A stretch of 64,000 bases of DNA, taken from positions 19,977-83,976 of the forward strand of contig NZ_JBNGZA010000002.1 of NCBI RefSeq assembly GCF_052049935.1, in the 5' to 3' direction. Positions 9,031 to 18,670 of the stretch are shown here, piece by piece. The translations under genes and the position numbers were made by a program. The first letter of the stretch is position 1. Every line of letters starts with the position of its first letter. Under the pieces are notes generated by a model that worked only from the letters and a program-made list of their open reading frames with translations, was not told where the DNA came from and searched no databases. The DNA comes from Candidatus Pelagibacter sp. Lineage in GTDB: Bacteria > Pseudomonadota > Alphaproteobacteria > Pelagibacterales > Pelagibacteraceae.

Positions 9031-11295
9031 ATGAAGAAATTAACATTTTTTGTAATATTCATAATCTTAGGTGCAACCACAATATCTCTTGCAGAATTTC
9101 TTAATATTAAGATTATTCCTCTAAAAAAACCTCTCTTAGAACAAGCTGAAATAGAAAAAAGATTAGCTAAAGAGGAAATAAAACCTATTCCAAAACCTGG
9201 CACGAAAAAAAATATTGACCAAGTTAAAACTGAAGTCAAAGTTAAAGAAAAGAAAAAAATTGAAAAAGTTAAAACTGAAAAAAAACAAGAAAAAAAGTCT
9301 AAAGTAGCAGAATTAATTCTTCCTAAGAAAAAACCAATTACAATAAATACTGAAAAAATAAAAACTGTAAACAAATCTAAATATTACAATAAAAAAGATT
9401 TTGAGTTAGCAAAAAAAGCAATTTCTAAAATGGAAAAAAGAGAGTGGAAATTGGCTTTATCAACTGCAAAAAGAGCAAAAGACAAATCTATATATAACTT
9501 TGTACAATGGAGACATTTGCTAACTAAAGGTAATCAGGCATCTTTTTTTGATTACAAATCGTTTATAGAACAAAATGAAAGATATCCAAGAATTGGTAGA
9601 GTTAAATATCTTGCTGAACATAAGCTTTCAGTAAAAGAAGTTTCTCCAAAAAAAGTAATTCAATATTTTGGGGATGATGAACCTTTAAGTGGTTATGGTA
9701 AACTAATTTTAGGGGAAAGTTTAATTGAAATTGGAGAAAAAGAAAAAGGTATAAAATATATCAAAGATGGATGGATAGAAGCTGAACTTTCAAAATCTGA
9801 ATTAAGATTTTTTAGAAAAAAATATAAAAAATATTTAAATGCAAATGATTACATTAAAAGAGCAGACTATTTAGCATGGAATAGCAAACATTGGGATTTA
9901 AAAAGATTACTTAGATATTTGCCTAAGGATTATGAGCTTCTTTATAATGCTAGACAAATTTTGATTTCAAAATCATACGGTGTTGATCAGGCAATTAAAA
10001 ACGTGCCCACTAAGTTAAAAAATGATCCTGGATTAAATTATGATCGATTAAAATGGAGAAGAAAAAGAGGAAGAGTTGATAGTTCTTTAGAAATTTTATT
10101 AAAAATTAAAAACACTAAAGATTATATGAAGTATCCTGAAAAGTGGTGGAAAGAAAGAGAGATAATAGCAAGATCATTAATATACAAAAAAAAATATGAA
10201 ACCGCATATCGTTTAAGTAGTAACCATGCAATGACTGAAGGTCCAGATTATGCTGCAGCTGAATGGATGAGTGGATGGATTGCATTAAGTTTTTTAGATG
10301 ATCCAATATTAGCAATAGATCATTTTAGAAATTTTTATAATAACGTAAGTTATCCAATTAGTTTATCAAGAGGTGCTTATTGGCTTGGTAGATCATATGA
10401 TAAAATTGGTGATAAAGATTCATCATTAAAATGGTTTGAAGAAGCAACAAAGTATATGACTACTTATTACGGTCAATTAGCATCAAGAAAAATTGATCCT
10501 AGTAGAAAATTTGAACTAAGTTTAGAAAGTTTAATTGATGATAAATATAGAAAAAAATTCTATGATAAAGATCTTGTTAGAATAGTTTATTTATTAGATG
10601 AATTAAATAAAGATAAATACACAAAACATATTTTAAGATTTTTAGCTTTAGACAACATTCAGAATGGTAGCGAACCTCTTGCTGCAGAACTTGCAACTAA
10701 AATTGAAAGGTATGATTTTGCAATTCAAGTTTCTAAAATTGCATCATATGAAAAAAGATTTCACAATAAATTTAACTATCCAGTCATAAGTACACCAATC
10801 TATGTGAATGGGAGAAAAATTCCTGAAAATGCATTTATATTATCTTTAATAAGACAAGAAAGTGAGTTTGATTTAAGTGCTAATAGTCATGCTGGAGCAA
10901 AAGGTTTAATGCAGTTGATGCCATACACGGCAAAAGTTGTAGCTAAACAAGCCAAGCTTCCATACTCAAAGTCTAGATTAACAAGAGATCCAGAATATAA
11001 TATTAACTTAGGCTCACATTATATTGCAGGATTAATTTTAGAGTATGATGGTGCTTATCCATTTGCAATCGCTGCTTACAATGCTGGACCTAAAAGAGTA
11101 AAATATTGGAAAAAATTAAATAAAAATCCTCAAAAAAAACAAATTGATTACGTTGATTGGATAGAGCTAATTAAATTTAGAGAAACAAGAAATTATGTTC
11201 AGCGTGTTTTAGAAAATTACAACGTTTATAGATATATACTAGAGCGAAAACCAATAACTGTTAAAGATTTTTTTAGAGATGATCCACTTTATTAA
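9031..11295 (+). CDS. Soluble lytic murein transglycosylase (Slt family)
   Basis: Signal peptide; C-terminal SLT domain IRQESEF, GAKGLMQLMP, AYNAGP, ETRNYVQRV. Confidence 0.93.
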   Translation: MKKLTFFVIFIILGATTISLAEFLNIKIIPLKKPLLEQAEIEKRLAKEEIKPIPKPGTKKNIDQVKTEVKVKEKKKIEKVKTEKKQEKKSKVAELILPKKKPITINTEKIKTVNKSKYYNKKDFELAKKAISKMEKREWKLALSTAKRAKDKSIYNFVQWRHLLTKGNQASFFDYKSFIEQNERYPRIGRVKYLAEHKLSVKEVSPKKVIQYFGDDEPLSGYGKLILGESLIEIGEKEKGIKYIKDGWIEAELSKSELRFFRKKYKKYLNANDYIKRADYLAWNSKHWDLKRLLRYLPKDYELLYNARQILISKSYGVDQAIKNVPTKLKNDPGLNYDRLKWRRKRGRVDSSLEILLKIKNTKDYMKYPEKWWKEREIIARSLIYKKKYETAYRLSSNHAMTEGPDYAAAEWMSGWIALSFLDDPILAIDHFRNFYNNVSYPISLSRGAYWLGRSYDKIGDKDSSLKWFEEATKYMTTYYGQLASRKIDPSRKFELSLESLIDDKYRKKFYDKDLVRIVYLLDELNKDKYTKHILRFLALDNIQNGSEPLAAELATKIERYDFAIQVSKIASYEKRFHNKFNYPVISTPIYVNGRKIPENAFILSLIRQESEFDLSANSHAGAKGLMQLMPYTAKVVAKQAKLPYSKSRLTRDPEYNINLGSHYIAGLILEYDGAYPFAIAAYNAGPKRVKYWKKLNKNPQKKQIDYVDWIELIKFRETRNYVQRVLENYNVYRYILERKPITVKDFFRDDPLY

Positions 11296-11387
11296 TGGCG
11301 GAGAGAGAGGGATTCGAACCCTCGGTACAAGTTTCCTCGCACGGTCATTTAGCAAACGACTGGTTTCAGCCTCTCACCCATCTCTCC
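11296..11387 (-). tRNA. tRNA-Ser (GCT), CCA encoded
   Basis: Minus strand GGAGAGA...TCTCTCC-G-CCA acceptor stem, anticodon arm GTCGT-TTGCTAA-ATGAC, long variable arm, GGTTCGAATCC T-arm. Confidence 0.97.
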
Positions 11388-11407
11388 ACAAGAAAAATCA
11401 ATACTTT

Positions 11408-11436
11408 TGATTGTATTGAATATTCAATATTAATAA
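11408..11436 (+). promoter_or_regulatory. Candidate sigma70 promoter of soxBDAG: TTGATT-17-TAATAA with a 16-bp palindrome in the spacer
   Basis: -35 at 11408-11413, TATTGAATATTCAATA at 11414-11429, -10 at 11431-11436. Confidence 0.5.
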
Positions 11437-11455
11437 AGTAATTATTCTAAAAATT

Positions 11456-12709
11456 ATGAAAAACAAGTACTCAATATTTTCACTAGTAAAAAATGCTTTT
11501 TCCTATCATGAAAATTGGGAGAAAGCTTGGAAAGATCCAGAGCCTAAAAAAGAATATGACGCTGTTATTGTAGGTGGTGGTGGTCATGGTCTAGCTACTG
11601 CTTATTACTTAGCGAAAAAACACGATATGAAAAATATTGCAGTTGTAGAAAAAGGTTGGATTGGAGGTGGTAATACTGGAAGAAATACTACCATTATTAG
11701 ATCTAACTATCTTTGGGATGCTAGTGCTGGCTTGTATGATCATGCTTTAAAAATTTGGGAAGGTTTGTCTCAAGAACTAAACTATAATGTAATGTTTAGT
11801 CAACGAGGAGTAATGAATCTAGCTCATAATCTTCAAGATGTGAGAGATTTAAAAAGAAGAACTCATGCTAATAGACTAAATGGTATTGATGCAGTTTACT
11901 TAAGTACAGAAGAAGTTAAAAAGTTTTGTCCAATAATTAATACCTCTCCTGATATAAGATATCCGGTACTTGGTGGAACACTACAAAGGAGAGCTGGTAC
12001 AGCTAGACACGATGCTGTTGCTTGGGGATATGCGAGAGGTGCAGATGAAATGGGAGTGGACATTATTCAAAATTGTGAAGTGAAAGGTATAAAAAGAGAT
12101 GGAGATACTGTTGAAGGTTTAGAAACAACAAAAGGTTTTATAAAAACAAAAAAAATTGGAGTAGTAGCCGCAGGTCATTCCAGTGTTATTGCAAATATGG
12201 CTGGTCTTAGATTGCCCTTAGAAAGTAAACCATTACAAGCTTTAGTTTCTGAACCTGTTAAACCAATAATAGATACTGTAGTTATGTCTAATGCAGTTCA
12301 TGCTTATGTAAGTCAATCAGACAAAGGTGAATTAGTTATCGGTGCTGGTACTGATGATTATGTTTCTTATTCACAAAAAGGTAGTCACGATATTGTGGAA
12401 GGAACTTTAAATGCAATCCTAGAGCTTTACCCTATATTTAGTAGAATGAGAATGTTAAGACAATGGGGTGGAATTGTAGATATTTGTCCTGATGCAAGCC
12501 CTATAATTAGTAAAACTTCAATTAAAGGATTATACTTTAACTGTGGATGGGGAACTGGTGGATTTAAAGCTACACCCGGTTCAGGTGATTTATTTGCTCA
12601 TACAATCGCAAATGATGAGCCCCATAAATTAAATGCTGCATTTAATATCAATAGATTTGTTAGTGGTGATCTTGTTGATGAACACGGAGCAGCTGCAGTA
12701 GCACACTAA
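11456..12709 (+). CDS. soxB: Heterotetrameric sarcosine oxidase family, beta subunit
   Basis: [44 protein letters not shown]-terminal EHGAAAVAH. Confidence 0.95.
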   Translation: MKNKYSIFSLVKNAFSYHENWEKAWKDPEPKKEYDAVIVGGGGHGLATAYYLAKKHDMKNIAVVEKGWIGGGNTGRNTTIIRSNYLWDASAGLYDHALKIWEGLSQELNYNVMFSQRGVMNLAHNLQDVRDLKRRTHANRLNGIDAVYLSTEEVKKFCPIINTSPDIRYPVLGGTLQRRAGTARHDAVAWGYARGADEMGVDIIQNCEVKGIKRDGDTVEGLETTKGFIKTKKIGVVAAGHSSVIANMAGLRLPLESKPLQALVSEPVKPIIDTVVMSNAVHAYVSQSDKGELVIGAGTDDYVSYSQKGSHDIVEGTLNAILELYPIFSRMRMLRQWGGIVDICPDASPIISKTSIKGLYFNCGWGTGGFKATPGSGDLFAHTIANDEPHKLNAAFNINRFVSGDLVDEHGAAAVAH

Positions 12710-12984
12710 TGTTTATAATTAATTGTCCGTTCTGTGGTGAAAGAGAACAAAGTGAATTTAAAGCTGGCGGGGAAGCTCACATAGTAAGACCCAAACAACC
12801 TACTGAACTAAGTGATGATGAATGGGCAGAATATTTATTCATGAGAAAAAATATTAAAGGTGTTCAGTTTGAAAGATGGAACCATGCTCATGGATGTAGA
12901 AAATGGTTTAATATGGTTAGAGATACATCGAATGATCAGATAAAAGCTGTTTATAAAATGGGTGAAAAACCCCCTATCGAATAA
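12709..12984 (+). CDS. soxD: Sarcosine oxidase family, delta subunit
   Basis: CPFCG...ERWNHAHGC zinc ligands, FNMVRDT. Confidence 0.95.
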   Translation: MFIINCPFCGEREQSEFKAGGEAHIVRPKQPTELSDDEWAEYLFMRKNIKGVQFERWNHAHGCRKWFNMVRDTSNDQIKAVYKMGEKPPIE

Positions 12985-12993
12985 ATAATATTT

Positions 12994-15900
12994 ATGTCAA
13001 AAAATCTAAGAGTTAAATCTAGTTCGTATATTGATGAAACAACAAGAATTTCATTTAAGTTTAATGGTAAAAAATTATTTGGTTTCAAAGGTGATACACT
13101 CGCATCAGCGTTACTTGCAAATGATATACATTTAGTTGCAAGAAGTTTTAAATATCATAGACCAAGAGGAATAATGACGTCAGGTTCAGAAGAGCCTAAT
13201 GCAATAGTCCAATTACATGATAATTCTTCAAGAACTGAACCTAATGTAAGAGCAACTGAGATTGAGCTTTACGAGGGGTTGGAAGCTTCTAGTCAAAATT
13301 GTTGGCCTAGTGTTAATTTTGACATAGGTGGTATTAATAATTTTTTATCCCCTCTTCTTCCAGCTGGTTTTTATTACAAAACTTTTATGTGGCCTGCTAG
13401 CTTTTGGGAAAAATATGAATATTTTATTCGTAAATCAGCTGGTCTTGGCAAGTCTCCAACTGAAGCAGATCCTGACATTTATGATCATAAATATATCCAC
13501 TGTGATGTTCTTGTAATTGGCGGAGGTATTTCAGGAATAATTGCTGCAAAGTCCGCTGCAAAAAATGGTTTAAAAACTTTAATTGTTGATGAAAAGCCAA
13601 ATTTAGGTGGAACAACAATTTATCAAAATAATGATCATTTTAAAATAAATGATGAAAATTCTTCAAAGTGGTTACAGAACGAAATTGATAGTTTAAAAAA
13701 TTTCGAAAATTTAGAAGTAAAAACAAGAACTAGTGTTGCTGCATATCATGGTTACAATTTTGTTTTAGCAAGAGAAAATTTAACTGATCATATTGAAATC
13801 TCAAAAAGAGAAAACAAAGTAAGACAAAGATTACTAAAAATTAGAGCAAAGAAAGTTATTACAGCAACTGGTTCTATTGAAAGACCACTTATATTTAATA
13901 ATAATGACAGACCTGGAATATTGCTTTCATCAGCAATTAAAAAATATGCTGATTTTTATGGAGTGAAAAGTGGTGAGGAAATTGTTTTATTCACTAACAA
14001 TGATACTGCTTATGAAACTGCTCTTTCATTAAGTGATAAGGGTATCAAGGTTAAAGCAATTGTAGATATAAGAGATGCTAATGAAAATAGATTAATAAAA
14101 TCAATAAAAGATTTAAACATTAAAATTTATAATAACCATACTGTTGTAGATACAAAAGGTCATAAAAGAATTAATAAAGTTTCTATAATGGAACTGTCTA
14201 AGGATGGCACTTCAGTTGTTGGAAATAAAATAGATATAAATTGTGATTGTCTTGGAATGGCTGGTGGATGGACACCTGCGGTACATTTGTTTACACAATC
14301 TGGTGGAAAATTAAAATTTAGAGATAGCGAAAATATATTTGTTCCTAACCAATATAGTTCTGACCAAATCAGTGTGGGAGCTTGTAATGGTGATTTTGAA
14401 TTGAACGATATACTTTCTATATTACCTGATCAAATAAATAAGTATCTTGGTATTGATGAGGAAAGTTTTAAAAGTGTTCAAGTTATTTCTTCGAAAGATA
14501 ATAACTATAGAAATATATGGTTGCTACCATCTGATAAAATTTTAGGAAAAACGAAACCTTTTGTGGACTATCAAAATGATGCTACAGCAAAAGATATAAA
14601 ATTAGCTTTAAGAGAAGGATTTAGATCTATTGAACATGTAAAAAGATATACAACAACTGGTATGGGTACTGATCAGGGTAAACTTGGAAATATGCATGCG
14701 CTTGGAATAATTGCAGAAACAGCAAAAGTTCAAATGGGAGAATTAGGAACAACTACTTTTAGACCACCCTATACTCCATTAACATTTGGAACAATTGTTG
14801 GAAGAAATGTTGGTGAATATTTTGATATTTTTAGAAAAACACCAATGCATGATTGGCATGTTAAACACAAAGCTGAATTTGAAAATGTAGGACAATGGAA
14901 AAGAGCTTGGTATTACCCTAAGAACAATGAAGATATGCATCAAGCTGTCCAAAGAGAAAGTAAAGCTGCAAGAGAAAGTGCTGGTATTTTAGATGCATCC
15001 ACATTAGGTAAAATTGATATACAAGGAACAGACGCTTCAGAATTTTTAAATCGTGTCTATACAAATGCATGGTCTAAACTTGGAATTGGAAAATGTAGAT
15101 ATGGCTTAATGCTAAATGAAGATGGTATGGTATATGACGATGGAGTTACAACTCGTCTAGGAGAAAATCATTATATAATGACTACAACAACGGGTGGCGC
15201 TGCAACTGTTCTTGGTAAGTTAGAAGATTATCTACAAACTGAATGGCCTGAACTTGATGTTTACCTTACTTCAGTTACTGATCATTATGCAACAGCAAGT
15301 GTTTGTGGACCAAACAGTAAAAAAATTCTTTCAAAATTAATTCCAGATTTAGATTTGTCAGATGAAAATTTCCCGCACATGTCATTTAAAGATACAACTA
15401 TTGGAAAGATAAAATGTAGAGTTATGAGAATTAGTTTTACTGGTGAACATAGTTATGAAATCAATGTTCAGGCAAATTATGGAAAGTCTATTTGGAAAAA
15501 ATGCATGGAAGCTGGGAAAGAATTTAATATTACTCCTTATGGAACAGAAACTATGCATTTATTAAGAGCTGAAAAGGGATTTATAATTGTTGGTCAAGAC
15601 ACAGATGCAACGATGACACCTATCGATTTACAAATGGATTGGATAGTCAGTAAGAAAAAATATGATTTTATTGGAAAAAGATCGTTATACAGATCAGATA
15701 CAATAAGAGAAGATAGAAAACAATTAGTTGGTCTTTTAACAGAAAATCCTAACGAAATTTTAGAAGAAGGTGCTCAAATTGTTGCTGAAACTAACAAACA
15801 ACCTGTAGAAATGTTAGGACATGTTACTTCAAGTTATTTCAGTCCTAATCTTAATAAATCAATAGCACTTGGAGTTGTTAGAGGCGGAAAAAACATGTTA

Positions 15901-15999
15901 GGTCAAAAATTATTTGTGCCAATGGAAAATAAAATAATTAATGTGACTGTTGCTGATCCAGTTTTTTTAGATAAAGAAAATAAAAGATTAAATGCTTAG
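12994..15999 (+). CDS. soxA: Sarcosine oxidase family, alpha subunit
   Basis: GDTLASALLAN, RSFKYHRPRG, HVKRYTTTGMGTDQGK, C-terminal GcvT-like folate domain (DASTLGKIDIQG, DDG, RISFTGEHSYEI). Confidence 0.95.
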   Translation: MSKNLRVKSSSYIDETTRISFKFNGKKLFGFKGDTLASALLANDIHLVARSFKYHRPRGIMTSGSEEPNAIVQLHDNSSRTEPNVRATEIELYEGLEASSQNCWPSVNFDIGGINNFLSPLLPAGFYYKTFMWPASFWEKYEYFIRKSAGLGKSPTEADPDIYDHKYIHCDVLVIGGGISGIIAAKSAAKNGLKTLIVDEKPNLGGTTIYQNNDHFKINDENSSKWLQNEIDSLKNFENLEVKTRTSVAAYHGYNFVLARENLTDHIEISKRENKVRQRLLKIRAKKVITATGSIERPLIFNNNDRPGILLSSAIKKYADFYGVKSGEEIVLFTNNDTAYETALSLSDKGIKVKAIVDIRDANENRLIKSIKDLNIKIYNNHTVVDTKGHKRINKVSIMELSKDGTSVVGNKIDINCDCLGMAGGWTPAVHLFTQSGGKLKFRDSENIFVPNQYSSDQISVGACNGDFELNDILSILPDQINKYLGIDEESFKSVQVISSKDNNYRNIWLLPSDKILGKTKPFVDYQNDATAKDIKLALREGFRSIEHVKRYTTTGMGTDQGKLGNMHALGIIAETAKVQMGELGTTTFRPPYTPLTFGTIVGRNVGEYFDIFRKTPMHDWHVKHKAEFENVGQWKRAWYYPKNNEDMHQAVQRESKAARESAGILDASTLGKIDIQGTDASEFLNRVYTNAWSKLGIGKCRYGLMLNEDGMVYDDGVTTRLGENHYIMTTTTGGAATVLGKLEDYLQTEWPELDVYLTSVTDHYATASVCGPNSKKILSKLIPDLDLSDENFPHMSFKDTTIGKIKCRVMRISFTGEHSYEINVQANYGKSIWKKCMEAGKEFNITPYGTETMHLLRAEKGFIIVGQDTDATMTPIDLQMDWIVSKKKYDFIGKRSLYRSDTIREDRKQLVGLLTENPNEILEEGAQIVAETNKQPVEMLGHVTSSYFSPNLNKSIALGVVRGGKNMLGQKLFVPMENKIINVTVADPVFLDKENKRLNA

Positions 16000-16555
16000 T
16001 TATAATAATCCCATAAAAGAAACAAAAGAATATTCTGGTTTAAAAATTCAAGAATTAAAACCAATAATGAAACTTAATTTAAGAGGAAAAAAAAGAGAAT
16101 TTTTGTCTGCAGTTGGAAAATCTCTCAATATGCTTTTGCCTACAGAAAGCAATACATCAACCTCGAGTGAAAATTATACAGCACTTTGGCTAAGTCCAGA
16201 TGAGTGGATGCTATATTCAAATAATGAAATGAATGAAAATGATAATAGTTATGAAGTTGAAAATGAACTCATCAATAATGTAAGTAAAGTTAATTTAGGA
16301 GCTATAATTGATGTAACAGATCATTTTGTGCTTCTTAAATTAAGTGGAGAGAAAATTTATGAATTATTTTCAACAGGTTCACCATTTAATTTTAATGACT
16401 TTCAAAACAAGAACGGTGCTGTAACACAAACATTATTAGCTAAAATAGATGTTATTATTCACAATATAGACAAAAAAAATGTAAATCTATTTGTGCGAAG
16501 ATCTTTCTCTGAACATCTCTTCTCTTGGATTAATGATAGTGCGTCAAGATTGTAA
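15992..16555 (+). CDS. soxG: Sarcosine oxidase family, gamma subunit
   Basis: LWLSPDEW, AIIDVTD, FVRRSFSEHL; fourth gene of BDAG cluster. Confidence 0.92.
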   Translation: MLSYNNPIKETKEYSGLKIQELKPIMKLNLRGKKREFLSAVGKSLNMLLPTESNTSTSSENYTALWLSPDEWMLYSNNEMNENDNSYEVENELINNVSKVNLGAIIDVTDHFVLLKLSGEKIYELFSTGSPFNFNDFQNKNGAVTQTLLAKIDVIIHNIDKKNVNLFVRRSFSEHLFSWINDSASRL

Positions 16556-16615
16556 GCTTTAGCGGCAAGTTGGCAATAATAATTATAATTTAAATGGTTA
16601 TATCTTCTATTTATT

Positions 16616-17383
16616 ATGAAAAAAATATTATCTGTTGTACTTTTTGTACTTATCTCTTTATCTGCAAATGCGGAATCAAATTTAAATAAAATTCTTTCTT
16701 CAGGAGAATTAAGAGTTGGAACTACAGGAGATTGGGACCCAATGACTGTAAAAGATCCAGCAACTAATAAGTACAAAGGTTTTGATATTGATGTAATGAA
16801 CGAATTAGCAAAAGATATGGGTGTTAAAGTAAAATTTGTTCCAGCTGAGTGGAAAACTATAGTTTCTGGAATAACATCAAACAGATATGATATTTCAACA
16901 AGTGTAACAAAAACTCCCAAAAGAGCTGAAGTTGCAGGTTTTACAGAAACTTATTATAAGTATGGAACTGTACCTCTAGTTCTTAAAAAAAATCTAAACA
17001 AATTTTCAACTTGGGATTCACTAAATAATGAAAGTGTTACAATAGCTACAACTCTAGGAACATCCCAAGAAGAAAAAGCAAAAGAGTTTTTTCCAAAATC
17101 TAAACTGAATTCTGTAGAAGCTCCTGCAAGAGATTTTCAAGAAGTTTTAGCTGGCAGAGCTGATGGTAACATAACAAGTTCAACAGAAGCAAATAAGCTT
17201 GTTATCAAATATCCACAATTAGCAATAGTTCCTGATGGAGAAAAAAATCCAGCATTTTTAGCTATGATGGTTTCTAAAGGTGACGATGAATGGAGAAACT
17301 ATGTAAACAACTGGATTAATAAAAAAAAATCATCTGGTTTTTTTACAAAGTTATTAGCTAAATATAATTTGAAAAGTTTATAA
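16616..17383 (+). CDS. Family-3 (polar amino acid) ABC solute-binding protein of the cyclohexadienyl-dehydratase-like clade
   Basis: Signal peptide, [30 protein letters not shown]. Confidence 0.85.
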   Translation: MKKILSVVLFVLISLSANAESNLNKILSSGELRVGTTGDWDPMTVKDPATNKYKGFDIDVMNELAKDMGVKVKFVPAEWKTIVSGITSNRYDISTSVTKTPKRAEVAGFTETYYKYGTVPLVLKKNLNKFSTWDSLNNESVTIATTLGTSQEEKAKEFFPKSKLNSVEAPARDFQEVLAGRADGNITSSTEANKLVIKYPQLAIVPDGEKNPAFLAMMVSKGDDEWRNYVNNWINKKKSSGFFTKLLAKYNLKSL

Positions 17384-17423
17384 TCAATTAGTAATTAATT
17401 ATTAATACTTTATAACTCTAAGA

Positions 17424-18155
17424 GTGAAAAATTTATTTTTTTTACTTTTAGGTTTATTCTTAACTTCATGTAGTAAGAGTGAGCTGAATTGGTTAGTTCT
17501 ATCACCAAATAATTTAGAAGGATTAACAAATTTAAAATTTTTATTAAGTGGTTTAACTACAACTATTTTTATTTCTGTAGTTTCAATAATCATTTCAATT
17601 ATTCTAGGATTAATTATTGCAATACCTTCATTAGCAAAAAATAAATTTCTTACTTATATTAATATTGGTTATGTTGAGATTGTAAGAGCTATTCCACTTT
17701 TGGTTTTAATTTTATGGATATATTATGGATTGCCAATAATGACCGGGATAAGTTTTAGTCCATTTGTTTCTGGAATTATTGCTTTATCAATAAGTGAAAG
17801 TGCTTTTCAAGCTGAGATATTTAGAGCTGGTATAAATTCAATTAAAAAAGCACAGTGGGAAGCTGGTAGTTCTCTTGGGTTGAATTTTTTTAGAAAATTA
17901 AGATTAGTTATTCTACCACAAGCCATTAAAAATATTTTACCCGCAATTGGAAATCAATTCGTCTATGTGTTGAAGATGTCATCATTAGTTTCAATTATTG
18001 GAATTGGAGATTTAACAAGAAAAGCAAATGAACTAGTGGTTACTACTTATAGACCACTAGAAATTTACACTTTCTTAATCTTTGAATACCTAATTTTAAT
18101 ACTAATTGTTTCTTATTTTGTCAGAAAATTAGAAAAAAAATTAAAAACTGATTAA
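17424..18155 (+). CDS. Polar amino acid ABC transporter permease (HisM/GlnP type)
   Basis: YVEIVRAIPLLV, EAA-type AEIFRAGINSIKKAQWEAGSSLG, LPQAIKNILP; GTG start. Confidence 0.92.
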   Translation: MKNLFFLLLGLFLTSCSKSELNWLVLSPNNLEGLTNLKFLLSGLTTTIFISVVSIIISIILGLIIAIPSLAKNKFLTYINIGYVEIVRAIPLLVLILWIYYGLPIMTGISFSPFVSGIIALSISESAFQAEIFRAGINSIKKAQWEAGSSLGLNFFRKLRLVILPQAIKNILPAIGNQFVYVLKMSSLVSIIGIGDLTRKANELVVTTYRPLEIYTFLIFEYLILILIVSYFVRKLEKKLKTD

Positions 18156-18670
18156 TTTTTATTTTTTTTTCTCCACTCCCATGGATTTATAAAAGGTCCT
18201 TGCCAAACACCTAATTTATTTTCTTTAGCTTGTTTTTCTTGAGCTACAAACTTTTTTGAATATTTTAAATAAGCTACTGCATATCCATTTTTTACCATCC
18301 ATGAATTTACATTTAAATTTTTATAAAAACATTCACCAATAAGTCTTCCATATCTATCTTTATTTGAAATTAAGCATGAAATTTTTTTGTTGGAAACTTT
18401 ATCTCTTAGTTTCTCTGTTGAAATAACACCGCAGTTATATTTTTTATATAAATTGTAAAAAGAAAAAGAAATGAATGGTTTTTTGCAATTTTGCTTGACT
18501 TCTGGTGCATCGATCCCAAATAATCTTATTTTATTTCCATTTATCTTTATAGTATCTCCATCAGTAACTGATGGTACTCCTTCAATTTTTTCTATTGAAC
18601 TTGCTTTTGTTGAAAGCAAAAAAATAAAGAAACTAAAAACTAAAAAGTTTTTTATTTTGTTTAAAAACAT
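18152..18670 (-). CDS. Thermonuclease (SNase-like) family protein, probably secreted
   Basis: Signal peptide, TDGDT, RLFGIDAPE, DRYGR, MVKNGYA, KLGVWQG...PWEWR. Confidence 0.9.
   Translation of the reverse strand: MFLNKIKNFLVFSFFIFLLSTKASSIEKIEGVPSVTDGDTIKINGNKIRLFGIDAPEVKQNCKKPFISFSFYNLYKKYNCGVISTEKLRDKVSNKKISCLISNKDRYGRLIGECFYKNLNVNSWMVKNGYAVAYLKYSKKFVAQEKQAKENKLGVWQGPFINPWEWRKKNKN

Noticed and set aside
9015-9374. 119-aa Phe-rich minus-strand ORF
   Set aside because: Reverse complement of the Lys-rich slt N-terminus (AAA read as TTT)
16459-16920. 153-aa minus-strand ORF
   Set aside because: Antisense to soxG and the binding protein; no motif
11296-18155. Genomic island integrated at tRNA-Ser carrying soxBDAG
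   Set aside because: The cluster lies on the tRNA 5' side; no integrase, no duplicated tRNA 3' end, no evident compositional shift
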